Below the pieces are notes generated by a model. It saw only the letters and a program-made list of their open reading frames with translations, was not told the DNA's origin and did not search any database. A DNA stretch of 64,000 bases, from contig OX442314.1 in NCBI GenBank assembly GCA_949358305.1, positions 26,784,001 to 26,848,000 of the forward strand, given 5' to 3'. Shown here piece after piece: positions 38,511 to 49,961 of this stretch (positions are counted from its first letter, which is position 1; every line of letters begins with the position of its first letter). The translations under genes were made by a program, and so were the position numbers. The stretch comes from Strigamia acuminata. Its lineage: Eukaryota.

Positions 38511-40037
38511 CAGCGTTTCCCAAACGGTGAGGCGTGCCTCACTGGTGGGGCGCGAGCTGATTATTGGTGGGGCGCACCCATTGCGCACAGCTAAATAAGA
38601 CAAGCTTTTTTTACAAACTAATGTAAAATTTTATGCAAAATTATATAAAATTATGTATAAAATTATACAAAGTTTTATGCAAAATTGTATAAAAATTTCT
38701 TTTTTTCTGTTTAGTACAGTGCAAGACAAAACTTTGGCCCAGTTGGATAAATGATTAAAAAATAAACAATTTTACAAAATATAACCAAACCAATAATAGA
38801 AATGCATTATAATCATGCTGAAATAATGTTACAATAAGTACAAGAGTGATGTCTTTCTCAGAAATAAAAAAAAATAAAAAATTCAAATTTCAACCTTAGA
38901 AATCTGTGACAAAACTTTGGCCTGTTCTTCAAATTTTTAACAAAAATTAAAATCTGTTTAACTTTAATACTTGATTTCTTTTCTACATTGTTTAATAACT
39001 TCAATGCACCTTGTATGCATTGAATCAATTTGTTTTTTAAAACTTTTAGAAGTGATGGACTCCCATGCTTTTTCAATGGATACTGCATTGTCCTGCTGAA
39101 AAATCCACTTTGCTCCAGCCATTCCTCTTCCTTTTTTCCACAAATTCTCCTACAGGACCGCTTAATACATATTTGCATTTTGTCTTCCATTCCAAAAAAC
39201 AATTTCACTTTTTTTCGTGTATCCAAATGCACCCCAAACCATAACAGTTTGGAATGGGCAGAAAAACATGTCTCCTGGACCAATGAGTGGCAAAATGCTG
39301 TGTTCAGTGGTGAAAAAACTTCAGCCTGGATGGCCCTGATGGCTTGAAATATTACTGGCATGGTTTAGGAAAAAATTATGTGATGTGCATGAGTAGGAAC
39401 TTTGGAGGAGAATCTGTTATGGTTTGGATACACAAAAAAAAGTGAAATTGTTTTTTGGAATGGAAGACAAAATGCAAATATGTATTAAGCGGTCCTGTAG
39501 GAGAATTTGTGGAAGAAAGGAAGAGGAATGGCTGGAGCAAAGTGGATTTTTCAGCAGGACAATGCAGTATCCATTGAAAAAGCATGGGAGTCCATCACTT
39601 CTAAAAGTTTTAAAAAACAAATTGATTCAATGCATACAAGGTGCATTGAAGTTATTAAACAATATAGAAAAGGAATCAAGTATTAAAGTTAAACAGATTT
39701 TAATTTTTGTTAAAAATTTGAAGAACAGGCCAAAGTTTTGTCACAGATTTCTAAGGTTGAAATTTGAATTTTTTATTTTTTTTTATTTCTGAGAAAGACA
39801 TCACTCTTGTACTTATTGTAACATTATTTCAGCATGATTATAATGCATTTCTATTATTGGTTTGGTTATATTTTGAAAATTGTTTATTTTTTAATCATTT
39901 ATCCAACTGGGCCAAAGTTTTGTCCTGCACTGTAGTTTATTTTAAAAAAATTTAATACACTGGTAGATGAAGTGGGGCGCAGAAGGTCGCCTTGCTTAAA
40001 AAGTGGGGCGCGATGCTAAAAAGTTTGGGAACCCCTG
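38511..40037. mobile_element. hAT (Charlie-like) MITE hosting a nested Tc1/Tc3 derivative
   Basis: TIRs CAGCGTTTCCCAAAC / GTTTGGGAACCCCTG. 8-bp TSD ATCTAGAA, single copy at the equivalent site in copy B. Confidence 0.9.
38717..39932. mobile_element. Foldback-like Tc3/Tc1 derivative with about 510-bp inverted arms
   Basis: CAGTGC...GCACTG ends, TA TSD. Arms 38717-39226 and 39423-39932 are near identical. Transposase remnants WQNAVFS, LDGPDGLKYYWH, RNFGGESVMVW, WIFQQDNA. Confidence 0.9.
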
Positions 40038-43000
40038 ATCTAGAAAGTAAAATAAGTGAACCCCCCCCCCCCCCTTGAATTCCTGCTAGCATAAAATCCT
40101 GAGTTCTGACTCGTTCAAATCGGGTTGTTTCGATTTAACCAAGTTTGGCAAAAGAGTTTAATCATTGATGGTATGTCGTCGACTAGTCGTAATCGTCGAC
40201 GATTTGACCCGAGCTCATTTTTTTGTAGCGGTAAAAAATTGTTCCGTTATCTTACCTGCCACAATCCATCAGAACAGTCATTACTCTTTCCTTTTATAAG
40301 AGCAATAAAGATTGCAGATGCAGCTCCAATGTACTTTAGAGGCTCTAAAACAAAATAAAAAGGATCTTCAATTCTTTATTTTATGTTATTTTTATAACTT
40401 TCTCTGTACGTGTAATATATTCCAAGCATGTTCCCGAATGCAGTTCTAAGGCATTGGTAATGTACGTGTCAATTGTTGAATCTTTCTCGAGTATCTGGAA
40501 TATTGTGAATGGCAGCATTAATTATAATCTACTGATTGCATAAACCAAAAAGCAAAAAATTAAAATTAAATAAAAATCATATCCCGTTTCCAACTGCAGT
40601 GGTTTTAAAATTTGGAAGCATACTGTAACGGAAATTAAAAAAATTTAAATCTTTCTACTGACTGTGAGTTTGTTCACTTTAAGCACTCTTTAAAGAGCAC
40701 GTGAGTTAAAATCCTTCAGGTTCAGTTATTCAGTTTATGGTTTCAATAAGCAATAGCAATTGGCACACGGAAAGACAAATACCCAGCAAGCTAAGAATAA
40801 ACATGAATAACACTTACCTCTGGAACATATTTCATTAAGGGTTTATTCAATTGAGGCTTTTGATATCTCCATAATGTTTCGAGTGATGGTTGCTTATCAC
40901 TGTTCATTAGATCAATGAAATGAATTTTGCATGGATCTTTCATAACCTTCTTTGCATATCGTTCTCTGTATGTGGTCATTAGTATGCCATCGTTGCAGGC
41001 AATTATATTAGGCATATAAATGGTGTCGTTTTCTTGAACTTTAACTACGACTTTGATTGGTTCGCTGTAGTATAGCTGTATTTTCGTTGCAGTTAAATAT
41101 ACGGCAATTATGGTATTTGTCAATAACACAATTAAACGCACGAAACGACCAATCGATGCCATTTTATGTGAAGTAATGTGGCTTGTTTTAGACATTACTG
41201 TCTCATGTATCTTCGCTATTTTGCTTTTCAGATTTCTGTTTGATTGACGAAGAGGCTGATAATTGTATCTTCTAATTTTCTCATACAGTTGCTTAATCAA
41301 TGCTTGTCCAATTGCTACCAAGGATAACAATGATAATCCCAATGAAAATCCCAAATTTCCGCCAAAGTCTACTAGCAATGCGATTATGTCGTAGTCAGGC
41401 ACTTCAGTCATCACTATGAATGTTGTATCAGTTTGTTTTATTCTGATGACAATTGTATTCTCATTGGGTGATCTCGCTGCGCCTATTTCCAATATGTATA
41501 TTTGCTTCGTGCAAGGTCTCAAGCAACCACAATCCAATGTCGCTTTTGTTGATAATGCAGTTTTGAATGTGTTCTCATGAATTTTAGCAACAATTTTTTC
41601 ATTTGTTACGTCGCTGCAATCCTTAATTGTATTGTTAAAATCCATATATGGTAGCCTGAAATTAAAAGGGCTTTTTATTTATATCAGCTGTGACGGTATG
41701 ATCTTACAAGTTAGACATGGCCGCCTGGGGACTGGATACAATGGGATGGGACGCATACTCATGTTTAATAAGACAAAGGAATACAGATTGTTGGGTTGTT
41801 GGCCTATATTAATCGTTGTCTAGGGGTTAGAGTCTTCCGTCTACCCACGAGTTGGCAGTGCCACTAAGGCATGCCACACCAGCAACCGACCCGTCGCACA
41901 CAGGGAGGAATTCCCATGAATGACGTGTCCGGTTGGATATAACTATTGTAACGGTTGTAAAACCGTATAGTTTGCGATTTCCTGCTTGATAGTGTTGTTT
42001 GATTAAAAGCGAGCAGTTCAAATGAATTAAAAGGATTGTAAATAATTCTAAATTCGTATAAATAAATATATTACATTTATTGGATTAATCAGCAATCATT
42101 ATACTATACAGTATACAGGGTGTCCCAAAAGTTTGAACCTCCCCAAGTAATTTCCAAAATACTTGAGATATCAGAAAACTGAAAAATAAATTCATAGGGG
42201 AAATCATTCATTGCGAATCTGATGGCATCCTCAAATTTGACTTCAAAGGTCATTTTCAAAGTCATTCACTTGCTAACTTCTAAACCAATCAGGTTAGAGC
42301 AAAATTTCCAATTAAAAAGTGGTAGAACATGGCCTAATTAGTCTAAAAACATGATTAATCCAATTGGGACATTTATTTTTTAGCAATTTGCTTTTTCGCG
42401 ATTCCTTTTTTTGCATATGTCCACTTGGCGCCAGTTGGAGTTTGCATTTAAGCGATTCCCGAATCCAAATCTAGTGTTTTCTGATGTACCGGTAGCGCTT
42501 TTTTGGATTCGCGACAGCTTTTTTCGTGGAAAATCATGCGCCCCGATTTCAAGTCTGATAAACCTGATTATTGACTAACCGGCATTCAGGGTCCTCTTTT
42601 CGAGCCAAACAATCTACGTAACACTTTATACTATCTTCTTCGTTTGAATTGCACCCAAGGTGTTTTGACGGTAGGAAATTGTACTGGAAATTAAAATGTT
42701 AGTTACGGTTATTTTAATTCTCGTTCAATTTTGTATAACACACATCAAAAACACAAAGGCAATGTCTAGTGCCAGGGTAAAATAACCTCTTCTGAATCAT
42801 CCTAATCTATTCTCAATCCAGCAATAAATTTTTAGCGACTGAGAAAACTTTCTTCTAGCAAGAAGAACATGTAAATCAGGATAATGTTCGATTTAGTAAC
42901 AAATGAGGGCTTTGTCTTTAGTTTGAAATGATAATGCGAGCATATGCTCTTAATTACAGTAGAAGAACGAAAAAAAAATAAGTAAATAATTAACTAGATT

Positions 43001-44520
43001 TTTCCCTGTCAGTAGACATTTGCAAACATACATATATGTACAAATAGATACCTGTCGCGAATGATAATTCACTAACAACTTATTGCCCATATCTGCTGGT
43101 GCTGTATATTCAAAATTCATTAGAGGATTTATGATCATTACCTATCGGAGACAAATTTTATTTAGCAATAAGTAATAGGCGCATTCAAAAATGCATGGTC
43201 AACTTGCAGTTAAACAGGTTTTGCCGTTTACCGTATATATCTTCCATTTGTCCGCAGGCCTCTATTTCCCCGCGGACCTCAATTAACGCACGAGGAAAAA
43301 AATCGGCGATGTCAATAGCGCGCAGACCTCGATCAACTTGCAGGGGCGAAACGTTTTGCATACGTTTCGGCAGAAAAGTACCGAAACGCATGAAAACGTT
43401 TCATTTCTCACCCTTTTTGGCTGTTTTTCGTTCACATACGTTCAAAAAGGTGATTCATAATGCGCGCGATATTTTTACGCGCGAACCGTCCGTTCGCGCT
43501 TACGAATGGCTGTGTATTCGTAACCGCGACGTTCTTCGATTGCAATGAGTATTCATAAGCGCGACAACGCGTCCGCGTTACGTTCCGCGATTCGTCCGCG
43601 ATTCGTCCGCGTAACGTTCCGAATAAACGCTGGGTTTGTTTAAACGCCAGGTTTATTGTAAATGTGTGATTACGTTCGGATAACGTTTTTAATCTACCGT
43701 ACACGTAATGTACGCTCTGGTAGTTGTTGTTTTTGATGCACTCATGTTTGGTCTTCTTGTCCATTTACCAGCAGACCCGGATGTGCAATATTTCACTCAC
43801 TTGTCAGAATCTTAATTTTTTGGGCAATCAGTGGGTTTTAATGCATTTTTTTTTACAACAAATGCATTGTTTTACAACAATTGGAATTGACAATTGTACA
43901 ATTTTTGTAACAGATGACATTTATGTACGTATAAACTAGCCTCCTGTGTCAATTTTGATCCTTAGAAAAATTTTTTTGGATGAAATTTGTGACTGGCTTT
44001 ATAATTACGCAACGTTTCAAAAAGGCAAAAATTGAATATTTTGCTAAGTTATGACGCAAAATATGAATTATATAAAGAGGCAATAAATGTTGTTAACTAT
44101 AGGCTTGTCCAATATATTAAATAAAATCTAGTACTTTAAAGAAAAAATACCAGGGGGAGGGCTTGACCCTTACCCCCGGTCTAGCCCGAGACCTGATCCC
44201 CAGTCCAATTTTAAGGAACTGAGAAATAAAAACACAGGAGTTCAGAAATAAAACTTTATTTACTGAAAAGCATCGAAGAGGCATGACGGATCGACTTATT
44301 GGCGATCTGAAATTCAATAAAATAAAATCAATAAACCAATAAATGTTGTAAGGGTGGCAAAATGCTTTCAACAAGGGAGCATAAATCAACAGAAGGGTGG
44401 AAATAACAAAATTTATTGCCTCTTTATATAATTCATATTTTGCGTCATAACTTAGCAAAATATTCAATTATATTACAGCTAGGCAATAAATGTTGTTAAC
44501 TATAGGCTCTTTGTAGCCTC

Positions 44521-47500
44521 TGTTAGTAATCCAATCTGTAGTAGCTGTGTAGTTGTTGATAAATCAAAGTCACATTAGCAGTAACAAAAACGCGTGTATT
44601 AATTCAAGTGAGTACAAAGATGATGATAAAAACAAGAGTGATAATCATTGGTTACAAAGTGGGGGTTAATAAGGTGGTAGCGCCATCTATCGAGAAGCAA
44701 TGGTAACAAATCCCTTCCTGCGATTCATAGATGGTGCAAAGCTAATTTCTAATTTTAAGTAATGTCAACCATTCCCAACAATTCGGCACATTTTGTAATT
44801 GCCTCTTTCTCTACCGGCTTTGTCAGAATATCAGCTGGCATTGATTTAGTTCCTACGAAATTTAACATATAGTTTCCATCTTCAACCTCATCTTTAACGA
44901 AAAGATATCTCAGAGCAATGTGCTTAGTTTTGCTTCTGTTCATTGTTCCCTTTGCGACAGCGATGGCTGATGTGCTATCTGAATACATTGTTACAGGCCG
45001 TTTGCATAAGTGGTCTAATTTTAATTCTGTCAAAAAATTTACTAACCATTTTCCTTCTTTAATTCCATCACATACCGCCATATATTCGGCTTCGCAAGAT
45101 GAAAGACACACCATTTTTTGTTTGGCTGATTTCCAACTAATTGCAGTTCCAAATAAAGTAAATGCAAAACCTGTAGTTGACTTTCCTTGATCTAGCTTGC
45201 CATTCCAGGAAGCGTCAGTGTATCCCTGTAATGGGCTTTCAAATCTCTTATATTCTAAGCGTCTGTTAATTGTTCCTTTCAAAAATCTTACAACCCTTTT
45301 CGCTAACGTCCATTTTTCTTGGTCATAGTTTTGATTAAAGCGTCCCAGGAAATGAACAACGAATGCAATATCTGGCCTAGTGCCCTGAACTAGGTACATG
45401 AGAGCACCGATTAAGTTTTGATACGGTACCTCTTCTCTCACGAATTCTTTCGGTTGATTGCCTGACTTTTTCTTTGCTTTCTTTTCTTTCTTACTTTCAA
45501 ACTCTTGCCCTTTTGTGATTGGAGTTTGCATTGGGTTGCAGTCTGTCATTCCAAACTTATCAATTATTTTTTGAATGTAAGCTGCCTGAGACAGATGTAA
45601 CTTTCCATTTGCCTTATCTCTTTCTATTTCTATCCCTAAAATCTTACTTGGTTCCCCTAAGTCTTTTATTTTAAAATTTGATTTCAAAAGTTCAAAAATT
45701 GCATCTAACATTTTTTTCGTTTCAGCTGTGGAAATTGTGTCATCTACATAAACTGCAATAATCGATTTAAGACGACCATTTTCGAATTTTATGTAAACAC
45801 ATTCATCCGATTTTAATCTAATAAAACCGTTTTTCCTCAAAAATTTGTCTAACGTTTTGTACCACGTGCGGCCGCTGTTTTTTAATCCGTAGATTGCTTT
45901 TTCTAATCCACACACCCAATCTGAACGATCTTTTGTTTCCCTTCCCGAAAACAATTTTGTCTAACTTTCCATGTAAATACGCCGTAGTCATATCATGTTG
46001 CCTTATAGGCCATCCTAAATAATTTGCCAAAGCTAAAATAATTCGTAGGGTCGTTAGCCGCATAACTGGTGAGTATGATTCCTCAAAATCTATCCCGGGT
46101 CTTTGCCCCGCCCCTACGGCTACGAGCCTCGCTTTAAAATTTGGTTTGTCATCCGTTCCGTCCTTCACTCGAAATACCCACCTTGATTTTAACACTTTTA
46201 TGTTTTCTGGGCGTGGAACTAATTTCCATGTATGCATTTCATCATGAGAATCTAGTTCTGACTTTATTGCTAAATCCCAGTCCCGTTCCTGTTCCCCTCC
46301 CATCGCTTCGTCGATAGAGTCTGGAACCACATACCTTATTAATTTACAATAAGATTTTCCTTTTGGGTGCAAAGTAAGTCTGTCTGGTGGTGCTGTATTT
46401 CGGGTCGATCTTCTCACGTAGTTGCCCGTTCCAGTTTCTCCATCGTTGATGTCCGAGTTGTCCTCGTTCTCAGAAGCTGGATCGCCATCGTCCGCCGCGT
46501 TTGGCTGGTCTGGCTGACTGTTTTCATCCGTCGTTGGCGTTTTTTTCGTTTGATTCGTTCGAATATTGGCTTTGCGAATCGTCATCGCTTTCGTCCCATT
46601 CCGACGAATTATGTTCATTTTCGGTCGCGTTGGTGTAGTGTGACTCGGTCGTGTCGGATGCTGCGTCATCAATTTCTTCTGGTGCTGGATCCGGTATTGT
46701 TGCTATTTCGGTGGTGTCGCTGATTGTTGTCGTCAGTAATTCCCCACCGCATTTTTCTTCAAAAAATTTTATGTCACGTGTTGGCTCAATTTTGCCATTT
46801 TCTGGGTAATAAACCCGGTAACCCTTCCGATCCATGCAATATCCTACAAAAATGCCTTCTTTGCTCTTCTGATCTAGTTTGTCCCTTTTAACATGTGGAA
46901 TCCATGTGCTGGCTACACACCCAAATTTTCGGAAATATCCGACGCATGGCTTTCGTCCCGACCATATTTCCTCAGGTGTTTTGTCGCCTTTCGTCTTTGA
47001 CGTGCATCTGTTCCTAACATGAATTGCCGTTGCGACTGCCTCCGCCCAAAATTCTTTCGGTAATTTTGCGTCGGTTAATATCGTTCGCGACGCCTCCATC
47101 ACGGTTCGGTTCATCCGTTCCGCTTTTCCGTTTTGGGATGGTGAGTGTGGAATAGTCTTCTCGTGTTTTATTCCCTTCTTTTGTAGAAATTCTTGCATTT
47201 TCCTATTCACAAATTCTGTGCCATTATCAGTTCTTATACGTTTGACTCGGTTTTCCGTTTGGTTTTCCACTTCATTTACGAAATTGCAAAAAATTTCGTA
47301 CACTTCGCTTTTCCTTTTGAGGAAAAATCCAAACACTTTGTTTGACGCATCATCGACGATTACCATCGTATACCAACTTCCTCCAATCGACTCCACGCTC
47401 ATGGGTCCGCAGAGATCCATGTGTAACAGTTCTAAAACGTCCGACTGTCTCTCTTCTTGAATCGATTTGAATGAATCTCGTGCATGTTTGACTTTGATGC

Positions 47501-49214
47501 ATGTTTCACAAACTTTATTTTCTTTTTCATAGTTTTCGAGCCCTCGTACGATCTGCTTGCGTGCCATTTCCGCGATGCAATCCTTGTTTACGTGCGCATA
47601 ACGTTCATGCCAATGAATTGTTTTGTTCGGTCGCACGGCGTTGACTTTATCGTCCGGTCTCACAACACTCATGTCGGCGATGTAAAGATTGTCTTCATCT
47701 TTCGCTGTCACGATCAATTCGCCATTTTGATAAACAAAACATTTATCTTTTCGAAAATCAATGTCCAAGCCACTTGCTGTTAATTTTCTCACCGATAATA
47801 AATTGCTGTCAAGTGCTGGCGCGAGAACTACGCTCTCGGTGACTAATTCGGCATTTTTCGACTTAAATCGCACAGTTCCTTCGCCGGTCACTTTAGTTGG
47901 GCGTCCGTCCGCCAGGTAGACATCATCCATTTTCTTTTCTTCAAATTTTTCAAATACCGTGATATCCGGTGTCATGTGCAGCGAGCATGCGGAATCCAGT
48001 GCCCATGGTCGATCTTTTTCTGGCTGTGATTTCGCAATTTCACATTTTTCTTTACTAGCGATCACGTACGCGTATTGGTTGCGTTTCTCGGTCACGGCTT
48101 TTGCCTTCGGATTTGACTTCTCCTTGTCCCGTTTCTGTTTCTCAAACTTATCGTGTTTTTCAGATGACTGAGGTGGCAAATCTTCCGTTTTGGTTCTGCA
48201 ATTGCGCGCGATATGGCCAGTCTTTTTACAACGGTAACACGTCGCTTTGCTTCGCTCGAAACGTTGATTTTCCTTGGAAGAAATGTGCACCTTATTTAAG
48301 CGTTCTACAACTTTTTCTTCACCGACCTGTCTTTCTTCCTCTTGTTTTATGGCGTATCGGACTTTTTCCCCCGTCAAGTCGACGTGAGATGTGAAATCTG
48401 CACACTGCTGCACGCCTTTATACGACTCCGGAAGTCCCTGCAGCATATAGACGGCTACTTCTTGTCCCGTAACAGCTTGGCCCAGCGTTCGAAGTTGTTC
48501 GACCAGTCCTTCGATACGTTGCAAATACGTTTCCGCTTTTTCGCCCTTCGTGAACGTCGTTCGATGCAGTTCTCGTTGAATTGCAAGCTTCTTTTGGGTA
48601 GCGACGCCTTGGTGTACGTCCGCCAATTTTACCCATATTTCTTTGGCCGTCGTTTTATTTAACACATAACTTGCCTGTGAAGCGGTAAGTGATTGGGCCA
48701 AAATGTTTCGGGCAGAAACATCGTCCTTCACCCATTTATCCTTGTCAGCTTGCGCCGCTGCTGCTGCTGGTGGATCATCATTTATGGCATTTAGAACTGA
48801 ATGTTTCTCCAAAAGTATTTTGGTTTTCCAACACCACGTTGGGTAATTATTTCCCTCAAGCTTCTCGATGTGCGTGAAGCTTTGTGTGCCCGCATTCGGG
48901 TCGGCCATTGTTCTCCTTTGTTTGTTGGTTTCACTTTACACTGTTCGCACTAATCCAATTGTTTTCAACACAAAACAGTCCGCTTACTCACAGTTTTTAC
49001 TGTTCCGCACTGGGCCCATAACCCATTGTTAGTAATCCAATCTGTAGTAGCTGTGTAGTTGTTGATAAATCAAAGTCACATTAGCAGTAACAAAAACGCG
49101 TGTATTAATTCAAGTGAGTACAAAGATGATGATAAAAACGAGAGTGATAATCATTGGTTACAAAGTGGGGGTTAATAAGGTGGTAGCGCCATCTATCGAG
49201 AAGCAATGGTAACA
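44521..49214 (-). mobile_element. Ty1/Copia LTR retrotransposon, full length
   Basis: 188-bp TG...CA LTRs (44521-44708, 49027-49214; one mismatch seen). 5-bp TSD GCCTC. Copia-type PBS GGTTATGGGCCCAG (49023-49010). PPT AGGAAGGGA. Confidence 0.97.
44755..48908 (-). CDS. Copia gag-pol (gag, PR, IN, RT, RNase H) with two frame breaks (about 46530 and 45950)
   Basis: Zinc knuckle CYRCKKTGHIARNC, PR WALDSACSLHM, IN DLCGP/DNGTEF/AERMNR, RT KARLVA/YVDD, RNase H GYTDASW/ADILTK. Confidence 0.95.
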
Positions 49215-49219
49215 GCCTC

Positions 49220-49961
49220 TAAAACAGTAGAAGTAAAATCAGTCGAAATCTTGTCAACTGGATGATTGTAAAACTTGAAAAATATAGAGGCGGATGACCA
49301 ATCAGCCGCCCGAAGGATGTGAGAAAGATTAACGCCTTTTGACCAAGCAAAGGAAGTAGCAGCGGCTCTGGTAGAATGAGCCGAAAAAAATAGAAGTGTT
49401 TACTCCCGTCATAGATAGGGTCTCCTTGATCCATCTGGCAATAGTGGAAGAAGTGACTGGTCCAAAAGGACGTGAAGATGCTAAAAAGAATTGAGTGGAG
49501 GAACCGCGAAAGGCGGTCGAGTGATTCAAATAAAATTTGATGGCCGTGACAGGGCATAATTTCTTGTCTTCAAAACAAGGTAGAAAGAAGGGGGCTGTAG
49601 AAGCAGACTTTCTTTTTCCTAGTAGGGGAAAAACACAAGAATTTGCTGAAAAAACAACTTTGGAAGACAAAAGTTTAAGGTCAGAGGCCCTTCCGGTTAA
49701 TGAGAGGGCCAAAAGTGTAGCGACATGGCGATTAATATCTAACTTTGAAAAGGTGTGAAGCAAATGAAATCTTGACTTAAGACAGAGAAGAACCGGGCCT
49801 ACGTGCCAAATAGAAGAATATTTGGGAATTTGTGGGCGTGAGTTGGCGATGCCTTTCATGACGCGTCTGATAAGTGGGTGAGATCCTAAAACAATAGACG
49901 AAATCAAGCTAATGGTCTGAGAAATAGCCGAAATAGCCGAAAGGTGCATCTTCATCGGCAC
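49220..49961 (-). pseudogene. DIRS tyrosine recombinase, frameshifted at about 49385
   Basis: GRASDL, LCPV, STIARWIK, then after a homopolymer frameshift SAHSTRAAATS...ADWSS...FYNHP (catalytic R, HxxR, W, Y). Confidence 0.88.

Larger units (their letters stand above)
33304..43141 (-). pseudogene. DEG/ENaC tandem-domain gene, copy A (5'-truncated, last exon disrupted). Exons 43141-43052, 42683-42580, 41655-40818, 40494-40410, 40344-40256, 38184-38083, 35469-35360, 35111-35069 plus 33644-33304
   Basis: Exon-for-exon paralogue of copy B exons 4-11, with the same lengths except a 3-nt indel. No equivalent of exons 1-3 seen. A hAT insertion splits the last coding exon. Confidence 0.8.

Noticed and set aside
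45940..46560. Programmed frameshifting in Copia pol
   Set aside because: The breaks fall in the IN-RT linker and inside RT, where conserved residues appear deleted. Mutation or sequencing error is more likely.
49220..49961. Phage integrase or Crypton
   Set aside because: The ITR+ICR structure and upstream gag-position ORF fit a DIRS1 retroelement.
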